NCBI GenBank assembly: GCA_907165135.1
Contig: OU015569.1
Coordinates: 6,944,001 to 7,008,000 of the forward strand
Origin: Oikopleura dioica
Lineage: Eukaryota; Animalia; Chordata
Length of the DNA: 64,000 nt
Direction: 5' to 3'
Notes under the pieces: model-generated
The model's database searches: none
What the model was told of the DNA's origin: nothing
What the model saw: only the letters and a program-made list of their open reading frames with translations
Position numbers and translations under genes: made by a program
Part shown: positions 25,112 to 37,239 of the stretch, piece after piece
Layout: the number at the start of each line of letters is the position of its first letter
Numbering within the stretch: the stretch's first letter is position 1

Positions 25112-28100
25112 ATGCGCGCTCTGTTGCGTATCTAGCCACCTCGGCCAGGGTGAACTTATCCGTTATGCGCCTTCAGCCGGATTCGACCCATTTCAGGTAG
25201 AGAACTCCCTTCTAGCGACCGAAAACATTCAACATGTTTAGCAATCGTCAGAAAGAAACTCTCCATCTCCGAAAACTCCGCGACGCTCAACCCGCAGCGG
25301 CACCAAGCGCGCCCTCTCCCTTCATTCCGAAGACAGTCTCAGCAAAATCGGAAGGGCGGACGTTCTAGAGCCCATACACGTCTTCGAATCCACAGGCCAC
25401 GTCTTTGCCCACCACTGCTGCGCAGCCTGGAGTGAGGGTGTTGCCACAGCGCGGGGTTTCGAAAATAGCCACGAAAATCATCCTGCCAAAAAAAGTAAAT
25501 TCACGTTCATTAAACATAGCCTAATTATGAGAATTATAGTTCGTAGTCTGAAGAGTGAGTTCTCTGAAGATGTAACTCTTGTCGGCGTCGATCGCGCTGT
25601 TTTCTCGAGTTTACGTCAGAAGTGCTCCTACTGCCAAAACTACGGAGCCTCCGTGCGCTGTAAAGTCTCCAACTGCTCGTCATATTATCACTACCCGTGC
25701 GCGGTAGCTTCTGGCGCCTTCCAAGACGCCGAATCCTGTTCGGTTCTTTGCGCTCCAGAGCATCGTCACCAAGCGCGTCTTATCGACCCTTCTGGCTGTG
25801 AATTCTGTAGTCAAGTGGGTGAGCTCTCCGATCTCTTGTTTTGCACGACTTGCGGGGCCCACTCGCACGCGCGTTGCCTCAACGAAGGAATCATCGTTAC
25901 CGGCGAAGTGCGCGCCGGCTGGCAGTGCTACACTTGTAAAATTTGCCAGCAATGTCGAAAGTCGGATGACGACGCGCAGATGATTATATGTGAAACGTGC
26001 GACAAAGGCTGGCATACTTACTGTTTGAACCCTGTTATGGACTCCGTGCCTAAAGATGGCTGGAGCTGCAACAATTGCCGCAACTGCATCGATTGCGGCA
26101 ACAAAATACGAAACGGGCATCTGATTCCAACAAACACCCACTCGCCGGCGAAAGAGCAGCTGCTTTGCACCAACTGCAAGAACCACCGTCTCAAGACCGA
26201 GTGCATCGTTTGTCACGCCGAGTGTCTCGACGAAGATGAGCTCATAAAGTGTTCGGAATGTGGCTCTCGCTGTCACCTTGGGTGTGATCCTGACAAGACT
26301 TACCAATGTCCCAACTGTCGCCCGTTTGACATTCCCAAATCTCCCCAATCGTCGAAGTCGGACTCCTGCTTTACCGACGAAATCTCTGCAAAAGAATCTA
26401 TCGACTCTGACATGACAAAATCTACTGAAATAACGGACGTAGATTCACCCAAGCCCTTTTACAGTAACGATTCTCCTTCGCTTGAGCCAAAAGAAGAGCA
26501 GATATCATCTAACGATCAAATCACTAGCAGTTTACGCTGCTCGGCACAAACAACCACAAGCTCCAAAGCTGCGAGTAGCTCAAAGCCGACGAATAAGTCA
26601 TCGAATAAACCACCGAGTAGCAAGCCGCCAACGAAGAAATCGCAGAAAAAAGGCGCAAGGAAGGGGACGAAAATGAAAAAAGACCAACGCACGAAAAACT
26701 CGACTAGTGATGGCCAGCAATCGAACGCTCAAAAGCGCAACAAGCGAAAAGCAATCGACTCGTTGAAGGCTGGAACGGATGGGAGTCAAGGCTCGGCTGA
26801 TCGCGATTCTACTTTCGACGAGTTTAGATGTGTATTGCTCGGAGATGCGGAGGAAGATGAATTTGTAAGAAGTAGTGATTTGTGCGCTACATGCGGTGCC
26901 ATCGGCGATAGGGAGCACTTTGAATCAAAGATGCTTTTCTGTATCGTCTGCGCCCAAAGTTACCACGTTTACTGTGCTGAAGTAACGCTGAGCAAGGAAC
27001 TGTTAGAAAAGGGATGGACCTGTCCCCATTGCCGTATCTGTCCGAAATGCGATGAATCCGTGCAGCCTGCTGACTCGAGCGCTTCGACCTGCTCACAGTG
27101 CTATCAGACCTTTCATCACATCTGCCTGAATAGAAAACCAATCGCCAGTGCGGCGGAAACACCCAATCAATCCTCAATTCTTCAATCAGACGACGGCACA
27201 GCCACGACTCCTACAGACTGCAAAAACTCTCAATCGAAATGGAAGTGTGACGACTGCATTAAATGCAACTCATGTGGAACGACAACTCTCAACAATTCTA
27301 ATCTCGAGTGGCAAAACGATTACTCAAATTGTCCGGTTTGCTGGTCTAAGCAGGTCTGTTGTATCTGCAACAAGAACTACAAGGAAGATGACGTTTTACT
27401 AAAATGCTCTGATTGCCTCAGATGGCAACACGCATTGCATGAGCAGGTTTACTCAGAGAGTGATGCTGATTCAATGGCTGAGCAAAATTTCAAGTGCACG
27501 ATGTGCCGCCCTTCGAAAAAAGTTTACAAGCCCTTGCGTATCCACAATTCGAACGATATTGTGATAGATACCTTCAACTGGTCAAATGAACCGGATATTC
27601 AAAAGACACACGAAAAGGATGGAGTCGCATTCACAGATGAAGGCCTTCAAACATTCCAAAGCGAGCTGAGTCGACTTATTGGCTCTATGAGAAAACCTCG
27701 AACTCCGTCGCTGAAGTCAATGAATCCAAGTGAGCCTCCGAGTCCGACTCATCCAGAAATCGACGATGAGCCAAAGGATCTTAATCACACCAATGGAGCA
27801 TCGGCAAATGGGGAGCAACCGCGAAAACGCAAACCTTATCGACCTGGCATTGGCGGTTTTCTCGTCAGAACTCGTAATCGCGTAGCCAAGCCTAAAGCTG
27901 TTCTTGATACTGGGAACTCTTCTGACTCGAACAACCCTGTCAAAACTGAACCAAAAAAACAAAATAAAAAGAAGAAAAGCAAGATTATCGACAACTATCC
28001 TCAATACATCCAGGAAGCTTTTTTTGGGCAGCTCGCACATGATTCAAAAATGTGCGATTTGGCAAATATCAAAACAGAACCCGTTGATAGTAGTCTTGGA

Positions 28101-31100
28101 ACGTCAGTAGGAATTAACCAAGTCATCGTCAAGTCGGAGCCAGTGGATGTGTACAATGCAGAAACTGACTCTCAGTCAACTTCCGACAATATAAATGAGC
28201 TAGTGACGCCTATAGAAGATACCTCATTGATCATTCTAGATCAGCCACTTCCCGAAATGGCTGAAAGCTCTGGTGCCAATGATCCAGATATCTTCTTCGA
28301 TCTTACGAATTTTGAAAAAGACTTCGACGATGTTATAGATATGAGTCAGATTATCAATGACATCAAATCAGAAGCAGGGTGGCTATTTTGGACAAAATTT
28401 TGGGGTCTGGCCATCCAATTTCCATCCAATAAATTTTGAGCCGGAACTATCCATCCAAAATCCAATCCAACCCAATTATTACCCAATTACCCAAAAATCC
28501 CCAATTCCAATTAGATCCAATTGGATTTCCAATTTTTCCAAGGCTTTTATCTCTTTGAAAAGAAGGGAAACAGTAAGTTTTTATCCAAAAGGAGGGTCAA
28601 CATAGCCAAAACAATGATTTTTTTATCCGAAATTTCTCATTTTCATTATGAAAATGACCCTTCTTTGCATAGTTTAGCGATATATTTTTTATTGGATCCA
28701 ATTCCCCAATTTCCCCCAATTGCCCAATTTTCCCCAACAAAATCCGGTACCCTGGCCATCCAAATTCCATCCAAACCTTATTGGATTGGATCCAATCCAA
28801 TTCCAACTAACCCCCAAATCCAAAATAGCCACCCTGATCAGAAGAAGATAAACCGGAAGATACCCCGACAAGCTCTACTACATTGAAAGAAGACTCGAAG
28901 CCCAATGTAGTTCTTCCTGTTGGGTCTGTATCATCCCCCACGCCAGTTTCATCTGGTCAACACATTGGGGCCACTTCTGCAAATGTTGGAATAAACAGAG
29001 TGATTCCGAATGGCATTCTAGCACAAAATGTTCCTCCAGAAGGAGCTCATATTACCAGTCCGATGCCTACCCCAGTTATTTATCAACCACCCCAAGTTGT
29101 AGCGCAACCGATTGGTTCGCAACAAGTCGTCCAAGTAACTCAGAGTCATCATGGTCACATATCTCCTCAAATTCAGGTGCGGCAAGTCATGTCTGAGCAG
29201 GTGCGGCCGCGAATTCACCCGCAGAACTATCAACAAAACTACTTGTCAATGAACAATTGTACATTGCAGCGGCAAATGGCAGTTCCAATGTCTGGTCATG
29301 GTCCTCCACCTCCTCATGGCCACATCCCCAACCACGTTCAGCAAATGCAGAATTGGAATGGAACTCGCGATCAAATACAAAAAAGCCAGAATGAGCCTTC
29401 ATCAAGTAACAATCGTAATAACTCGGAAAAATGGCGGGAAGACGAAGCTCGTGGTGACAAAGCTACTATTTCACCAGTTCTTTATGCGAATACAATGCAC
29501 CCTCATTTGAAGACAGAATTCCCAGATTGGAATGATAGACACAAACAGATTCAGCGGCTTTGGCGAAAAGTTCCTGGAGAAGGGCGAAAATCCTATCTTT
29601 CTAAGGCAAGAGAGAACCGCGATAAAAAGACCGGAAATAAAAGCTCCTCTCGTTCCCGATCAACTTCTTTAAATAAGCCGCCAAAAACTCAGTCGCCCAA
29701 CGAACAATCGGACAAAACACCGGAGAAAGAGTCGAGTGATCAAGCCTGGAAGCAATTTATATGTGCTTCGAGTCCGAATTCGTCTGTGCCTTCGCCAAAA
29801 CCAGTACAAAGTCCTGCGGCCACCTCTTTTTCACCGAATCCCTCTGCTACACCTAGTCACCAAGTGAATCAAAGTCCTGTTCCTAGTCCCCAATCGGGAT
29901 CCCCTGCGCCTGCCATGTCAAATACAGATCCTATGTTCAGTCACATGAGTCCTGACTCTAGCTCGCCGCTGATTCCTCCATCCCGAAAAATGAGCTCTGA
30001 CTTTGGCTCATCCCAAGGCTCTCTTCCAGGGACTCCACGATCTCCTATGCCACCTCCTGCCATGTCTCCGTCCGTGGGCGACGTCTTCCCATCTCCTCGA
30101 CTTCAAAACCAACCTTCTTTGCGTTTCCCTTCTACAACACACACCTCCAGCACGAACTCACCCCCGACCACCGGTCTTCAACCTCAGCAAGCACCATCAG
30201 CTCAGCAGAATATTGTACAACTACAGATCCGTCCAAATCAACCACATCACTGTGAACGCTTATTCGATAATCTCGGACGTCAGCAGTCAGGCTCTCTAGC
30301 TCGTGAAATTATCAACAATAAGCTTCAACGAAAAGAGCGAATGCGAAGGACTGAAGAAGCCTCGAATCAGATATGGAATACAGCTACTGCGCAAAACCCG
30401 GGATCACTGATGTACAATCAGCAAGGCCAACCTATTCACATCGGCCAAAGATTTCCAATGCAACCAGGACCTGGTGGCTCTACCGCGGTTCAAGGGCTTC
30501 CTGGCGCATCTTTCAATCCAATAATTCAACATCGGCAGCCTATCCGACTTATTCCAAATAACCAAACAGCGCAGTCAGTTCGTTTCCAGCAGGCTCAAGT
30601 TATTACTCCTCAACATCCTCATCAACAAATTATTGGTTCTGATCCTATCAAGATCAATGGCGCTGTACAAATCGAGCTAAAAAATGGGAATTCGTCGCCT
30701 TCGAACGGCGTCGTTACTGTTGCACGTGCGCCGTTAAATCATAATTATAGTAATAATCAGCCGATAACTGCTCCGACCGGAAGTGACCAGAGCTCAACCG
30801 ATAAAATGTTTAGTCAAAGCTTAGAATCGACTCCTTCTCCCACTCAAATACCACAATTAGATGGTCAGAATGATTCTGAAGACGAAATCCCAGTTGCCCA
30901 ACGTCCTCCGAAGCCACCAGCTCCTAAAACGCCTCCTTTTGTCGTTCTTCCGCTTGGTACTACCTCACCGAAAGGCGAAAAAATGGCAGGGAAAGAGATG
31001 TCACCCAAGCAAAAGACAATCGTAGCAACAGCGAAAGTGCAAAAACCAGGTTCACCAGCTTCAAGTCCCACCAATCGTCAGATTCGAATGTCTCCCAGCC

Positions 31101-34100
31101 ACACTGGAAGCTATCGGCCTGTCGGTTTGAGCCCGCGTGCAATCTCTCCAGGACGTCCTCTTCAACACGGCCAGAGTGCGCCGACGCTTATCAAACTGAC
31201 CCAGCCTGTAACATTGGTAGTAAATACTTCGGTAAAAGTTAACACTCCGAGCTCAAGCACGCTACAAAAAGAAGTTGTGGTAACAGATAATGCTTCTGAA
31301 GATACTTCTAACTCTCGAACACCTACAGTAGAGCTTCCACCTCCACCAAAAGAAGAGAATCAGGTATATAAACCCAATTATTTCAGCGAACTTATTTTTA
31401 ATCGCTATAGAATAACGAGATCGAAGAAGCCAAGAAGCTTATCTATAATAAGCTAAAGAATTTGGGAGAACTTGGGCGGCAAAAGAAGAATTTATCCTCG
31501 GGTAGGAAAACAGTTCAAATTAAGAAGAAGTCTGATCCATCCTCATCTTCACCTACTCCGCAAGGATCAAACTCGCCAGGTTCATCCCGCCATCGAACGA
31601 AATCTGGAAATAACCGCACTGACGATAAGAAACCCGAGGTCAACAAAAAGAAGACTTTCGAAGTGTTGAGGCAAATTCAATCCCGCAAAAGTCCTAATGG
31701 CAGTCTTGCATCATTCAACGGCAAGACTGCGGATATTCGAGTTCAAATGCCTCATCAGACTGCAATGCAACCGAATTTAAATGGGTCTCCTTCGGCGAGC
31801 ACGCGATCTTTAAATCCTGACAGCAACAACTCTCCCCAGATTCATGGTATTCCCATCGTTGTTTCGTCTCACATTGATGCTACTGGAAAAGGGCAGTCGG
31901 ATGTTGTTACAACGAGCACAGCAGACCCTACTAAAGCTCAGCCAAGAGCACGGAAACCCCGCCCGAAGAAATCCAAGAAGAACAAAGAGGAACCAAAGGT
32001 CGACATACAAGCTGCTCAAAAATACAACCAGGGCACACAGAATAGCTTTCAACCTCGCCTCCCCGTACTTGGAGATATAAAATCTATGCCAAAGAAACCT
32101 GTTGGTCCTGTTTCATCATCTAGTATGGCGAAGAACATTGCAGTTACGCTCCCGCCCAATAGTTCTCTCTCTGGGACAACAAGCCAAAGGACGTCGTCTG
32201 CAGATTCGAAAGACGAAATTGTTAAACGGCAAGAACTGCTGAACAATCTTTTGAGCGCGGACGAATTGACAATCACAAGTCCAACGACAGACCCGTCTGC
32301 TCGTGGGACAAAAGTCTCCGAAGAACAACTTAAGATGCTTGGTATTTCGTTGAAACATCACTCCAAAAGTGACGAGACGCCGGTTTCTAGCGTGGAGTCT
32401 AATGGAACACCTAAAGTTGGTGTGAAAGTGAGTCAACCAGCTTCTGTCCCCTTCTCTACGGATTCACCGTCAATGGAAGTCAAAACTGAAGCTCAAGCAC
32501 CGGTTGTTGTTAAACAGGAACCAACTGATCAGCCGCTCGACAAATCAAATGACTCGGAAAAACTTGGTGAGCTCAACAAATCCCGCAAACGAAAGAAATC
32601 GCTCGAAAGCAAACCACAGAAAAAAAGAAAGCGCGATGCTGATTCTAACCAATATTCCGCAATGTCAGTCCAACTTGGACTCACAGAAGCGCCTGTTAGA
32701 ATTAATATCGATCCCTGTGTTCCGCTTGGAGGTGGTACTCTTGGTGCTGTTGCGAAAAAATCTTTAGAGTTAGAGGAAACGTGGGGAGGGCATTGGGCGT
32801 CAGGAGGTTGGAGTAACACTTCTGCAAGCTTCTATGATATGATCGTGAATTTCCAACACTTTGTGGAGATGCCCAAAGGAAACGATATTCAAACGATACT
32901 AGATCTATCATCCAAGTTCGGTCAAACGAAATCATTCTTTTCTGTGTCACTAACAGACGAAGAAAATTCTTCTGATGAGGAATCTTCTGTGCCCGACTTG
33001 TCGCTCAAGTAAGTTATTACAAAATAACTACATATACAATAAGAGCTGATCTATTTAATCCGAGAAATCATTTGTAAACATAATTTCAGTGAAATGGGCA
33101 AGATCGGCTCGTTAGAAGAAATTGCACCAAGAATGTCACACGACTTTCCAGTTGCCCCAGCGTCTCCGGAAGTTCAGGAGCGAAATGTCTATACCTTTCT
33201 TGACAAGGAAGGAATCTTCGAAGCTAACTCGGGCGACGGAAAGGAACGCACTTGTCCTAGTCCTGAATTGCCGATGCCAAGCGATAATCCGAGGGACCCG
33301 GTGACGGTGACACTCACCTTCAGACCTGACCAGGCAGGACAGCCCGGTGACAGAAGTAATATTGAAAACGCTTTGAAAGCGATTTCGAATATTATCGGCA
33401 TCAAGATCGAAGGTTATCGAGTGTCTCAAAGCGGTTCACCCGCTCAACAGCACAAAACATCAACGTCGGAGGTGCCAGCTAAGGAAGAAACTCGCCGTTG
33501 CTCCAAATGTGGCGAACACATTATTGGAGAAGCAAGCAAAAAGCCAATTACATCAAAACAGCATCCCGACTCTTTCTATTGCACCGTTAGCTGTCGAGTG
33601 GTAAGCTTGTAATATTTTTGTAAAAGATAAAAATCTGCTATAAGATCGATCAGACGTTCAAGGAAGAAGCCTCAAAGCTAAAGATCGATTCCTCTGCGGC
33701 TGACAAAAAACAAAAGGTATCAAGTTGACGTCAACCGACTTAACAATTATGTTCAGGTTAATGCTTACAAACGACGAAACTACAGAATTTGTCTGGCAGA
33801 TTTGCTCGATGCCGACACAACCGTTTTCTCTGATGATTTACCCGACATCGCCCCTCAAAAAATCAGCTCTCGCGGACGTCGCCAAGCGTCGGAGACCCAT
33901 CTTGTTAATTTTGGGCGCTCTCTTATGCACAAAAATGTTCTTTGGAACGTCTGGAACAGTAAATTTGCACCAGTACCGAAGGTAACCGTAGCGACAGCAA
34001 AAATGTTTCTAACAAGAGTGAATTTAGTTCCCATCCCAAGATCAAGGAAGTTATTCTCGTTCATTGAGCGTCAAATACGAGCAAAACTTTGGGAAGAGCT

Positions 34101-35595
34101 TAGACAAGCGATCTTGTCTTCTTTGCAAAATTAGAGGAGACGGGAAAGCCGACACTCTTGGCCGGCTTCTCAACGTCGGTATCGGGCGCTGGGTTCATGT
34201 CAACTGTATATTATGGGCAGCCGATGTTCGTGAAGACCCTTCCGGTGCCCTCATCAACGTACTCAAGGGTTAAGCAAGTGCCAACCAATGACCTGCGCCA
34301 CTTGCGGCGGTTTTGGAGCTTCTGTTTCTTGCTCACGCCTCCGCTGCGATCTTCACTTCCACATTGAATGTGCCTTTAAATCTGGAGGCACCTTCCTAAG
34401 ACAACAACAGTTTTATTGCTCTTCACATTTACCGAAGGCACAGTCTTGCGACGCTCTAAAGTCGCTTGCTTGTTGTCGACGTTTATTTATAGACGGCTGC
34501 GATATCGAAGCGGTGAGTCTTTGTTAAATTAATTTTCATAAGAGAATCTTCAGTTATCAAAGCCTTTATCACTTGCGAAGCCGTCAGCCCATCTGCGAGT
34601 GGGTTCACTCAAGATCTTCAGTCTTGGCGAGATCGACCCCGCAATGCAGCTTCTATACAAAGAAATTAAGGGCTTCATCGCGCCCGTGGGCCTGAGCTGG
34701 TCGCGATATTTTTGGACTTCACCGCGTGAGAGATCCAACTATAACTTTTGCATATCGCGTGGAAGCTCAGGGCGCGCCGAATTTAAAGTTCAAACAATGG
34801 CTGCTTCTCATACTTATTACATGGACTCAAATCTTAACTCCATCTTCGAGCCTATTGGAATGTCCTTTCCAAAACAGGCGATGACCGTTGCTGCGTTTAT
34901 TCTAAATTTCTCTGCTCCACAGATCCAGCTTTTGCTTCAGAAAATGCCGCTCGCTTCCTTCCTAGGAAAAGATTTCCTGGGAAAATTTGAGAAACTAGCG
35001 CAGGCGCTAGCTCCGGAAGCCAAGCGGCACTGTCCTGCACATAAAAACTCGTCAAAAAGTCAAAGTCATCACAATCACCCCAAGCAAAATAATGTCTATC
35101 TTCAAGCTTCACCTATTCATGAAATCGGTCTTTTCTCTTCCTTAACAGTCGAGCCCGGACAAGTTATTATTGAGCTATCGCGAGCCATTCCAAAAGAACT
35201 AGCCGATCGCATGTCTTTCAGCATTCGGTAAATGATAAACCACCGGAAATGTGCTTTCAATAATTTTTCTAGCTTCAAGCAAGCCCCTTCGGAGCAATTC
35301 ATTGAAAACGTTCAAATGGCACCCTGTCGATTTGTAAATCATTCGAAGACGCCGAACTGCGAATTCCGACTTCTCGATTATTTTTCAACTTCTGACAGCG
35401 CACTGAAAATAAACGACGGTAACTCAGTGCTCAAGGCTGTGCTCATCTCAACAAAACTCGTTAAAAAGGGCGAGGAAATAACAGTTGATTACGCTCGTCA
35501 CTCGATAGTAAGTAAATTTCCTCCTCCCACGGACTTTAATCCTTCTATTTCAGGAAAGCCGTAAGCACAAGTTCTTCTCGCTACAACCATCTTAA
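25112..35595 (+). CDS. KMT2C/KMT2D: Histone H3K4 methyltransferase KMT2C/KMT2D (MLL3/4, trithorax-related) family protein; start codon not located
   Basis: N-terminal ePHD (CALC...LGQGEL; AHHCCAAWSEGV; CSYC...GASVRC...YHYPC), tandem PHD fingers, HMG box (ATISPVLYANTMHPHLKTEFPDWNDRHKQIQRLWRK...ARENR), C-terminal ePHD (GRLLNVGIGRWVHVNCILW...GALINV), FYRN (RVGSLKIFSLGEI), weak FYRC, and SET (NVYL..S.IH.IGLF; RFVNHS; GEEITVDY). Confidence 0.93.
28375..28836. mobile_element. Non-autonomous hAT-like DNA transposon (MITE), 462 bp
   Basis: Perfect 18-bp TIRs CAGGGTGGCTATTTTGGA (28375-92) / TCCAAAATAGCCACCCTG (28819-36) and a perfect 8-bp TSD ATCAGAAG (28367-74, 28837-44). Dense subterminal CCAAT/ATCCAA repeats and a 23-bp direct repeat at 28407-29/28752-74 (1 mismatch). 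No coding capacity evident. An 8-bp TSD with a CAGG.. terminus is characteristic of hAT. Confidence 0.93.
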
Positions 35596-35835
35596 TGCTT
35601 TCAACTGCTTACTTAACATTTTACTATTCTATTTACTATACTTTTTCAACTTATTACGATCCTTTCCGATTCCTTATTCTAGATATATGTTCAGATGAAT
35701 TGAAATACATTCAACCATGCATTCGATAAATATTTTTTTTTCTGCAGGCTCTCGGAGTTTTAAAGCAGGCATTTTTTATCGGAGATAGGATTCATTCAGC
35801 GTGTGTTTAAGAAATGAAGATGGACACTTTTAAGA

Positions 35836-36798
35836 ATGGTCAAAGTGTTAGACTTACCCATCTACGATCCGCCAGGGTCGGCAATCAAGCCTATTCCTAT
35901 GGACGTGGCGAATATGGAAGTCGTGCTCACAAATTGCTTTCGGGATTTCGTTAAGACTCCAAGCTTGAGCTTTTGTGCTGATAGAAACCGTGATCTTCTC
36001 AGTGCACGGGAGTTTCTTTTTACTCCTATCGGTGCGGCCCAGGTTGCTACTGATTATTATTATTATTAATATAATTATTATTAATAATATTATTAATAAT
36101 ATAATAGGTGGCTACTCTGGCGGGTTCTTTTGTTGTGGGCAGGAAGTTTGCGAATAGACTCCTTCCTGTTAGGAAAAGCGATTTAAAAAATATTTCAAAA
36201 CGGATCAAATTTCCCAAGTACTCGCTCTTGAGGGTTTTAAATCAGATCAAGACAGCATGGGAGCATGTACACTCGCCCCTTTCTAGCAGCAAACTACGCC
36301 CTTCAAGTTGCTGTACCCTTAGGAACCACGTGTGCTTGGTACGAGACACCCAGAGAATGGACGATCTGGGCTCTCAAAAATTCTGTTATATACAGGTCCT
36401 AAATTTGAATTTCCCCCATTTAAAAGAGTGTTCAGTGCAAACGCTGTTTACTATACGGTTTACTATAGTTTCTGGCTGGTCGGCAAGTTTTTTGGACTCA
36501 TATGGAGTGCCATCGCGGGCTTTTTTGGAATGATTTGGGCTGCCATAAAAGGTATCCGATCAAGTCTGATCTGGTGACGATTGTGTGTGTTTTAGGAGTT
36601 TTCATGGGTGCTTGGTGGGTTGTGAAAACCACTGGAAATGGAATCATGGCTATAGGAAGCCTTTTCGGGTCGAGTGAGGAGGAAGCACCTGCTATTGAAG
36701 TCACCAAGGAAGAACCAGTCGAAGAGGAAGGCGTGAACCCTACCGAGGTTGAGCTCGAACTGAAATCCGCTAAACGACACGCCCAAGAAGAACGTTAG
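35836..36798 (+). CDS. MICOS subunit MIC26/MIC27 (APOO/APOOL)-like
   Basis: MVKVLDLPIYDPP resembles the APOO/APOOL N-terminal VK..LPIY..P. AQVATLAGSFVVGRK and ALQVAVPLGTTCAWYETP resemble the two hydrophobic segments. Requires introns 36043-36107 (GT-AG) and 36173-36245 (GA-AG) plus two GT-AG introns. Confidence 0.55.
36052..36105. repeat. AT-only (TTA/AAT) low-complexity tract containing a perfect 26-bp palindrome
   Basis: After G36052, 53 consecutive A/T bases; 36076-36101 TATTATTAATAATATTATTAATAATA is its own reverse complement. Confidence 0.9.
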
Positions 36799-36990
36799 TG
36801 CTCGAAAATTTGTTTATTCGCAGGAAACATACAAGTCAGCAAAGAAACGAGCATTCAAGGGCGCATTTTTCCATTTCGAGAGTCTTCATATTCTGCCAAC
36901 ATAACACGATATCGCAGCTGGTCAAGTTGCCAGACTAACTGTGCCCTTCGACTTGGGGTCCGCATCTAGCCACGAATAGGCACGGGCAGT

Positions 36991-37239
36991 TCATATGCCT
37001 TGTACTACAGGGCTTATAGTTAAGCTAGATACTGACCCCGACCTTCTAGGATTCCCATCTCGAATTATGATGTATTCTCTCTTTTCACCCCGGCATATAG
37101 GACATCTGTCGACCTTCTCCACGCAGGTTTTACAAATTCGGGAATGGCCACAAGGGACTATAACGATGTCCGGATTGCTTTCTTCGCACATCGAAAATGC
37201 ACAAATCCGGCAAAATAAGCGGGAGTCATCACGGGGCAT
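36991..37239 (-). CDS. Small C3HC4 RING-finger protein (IAP/MDM2/RNF34-type RING)
   Basis: MPRDDSRLFCRICAFSMCEESNPDIVIVPCGHSRICKTCVEKVDRCPICR has the C-x2-C...PCGH...C-x2-C...CPICR pattern; ATG directly follows TTTCTTAAG. 3' end uncertain. Confidence 0.78.
   Translation of the reverse strand: MPRDDSRLFCRICAFSMCEESNPDIVIVPCGHSRICKTCVEKVDRCPICRGEKREYIIIRDGNPRRSGSVSSLTISPVVQGI

Noticed and set aside
25680-26348. 222-aa antisense ORF over the KMT2 PHD exon (and similar antisense ORFs such as 50001-50561 and 21041-21457)
   Set aside because: Shadows of real coding exons on the opposite strand; no recognisable motifs of their own.
28400-28815. Dense CCAAT/ATCCAA repeats as a CRISPR array or a promoter CCAAT-box cluster
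   Set aside because: Irregular spacing with no unique spacers, eukaryotic context; better explained as subterminal repeats of the MITE.
34255-34275. Programmed -1 ribosomal frameshift in KMT2
   Set aside because: No X XXY YYZ slippery heptamer and no evident downstream stimulatory structure; an indel or micro-intron is more parsimonious.
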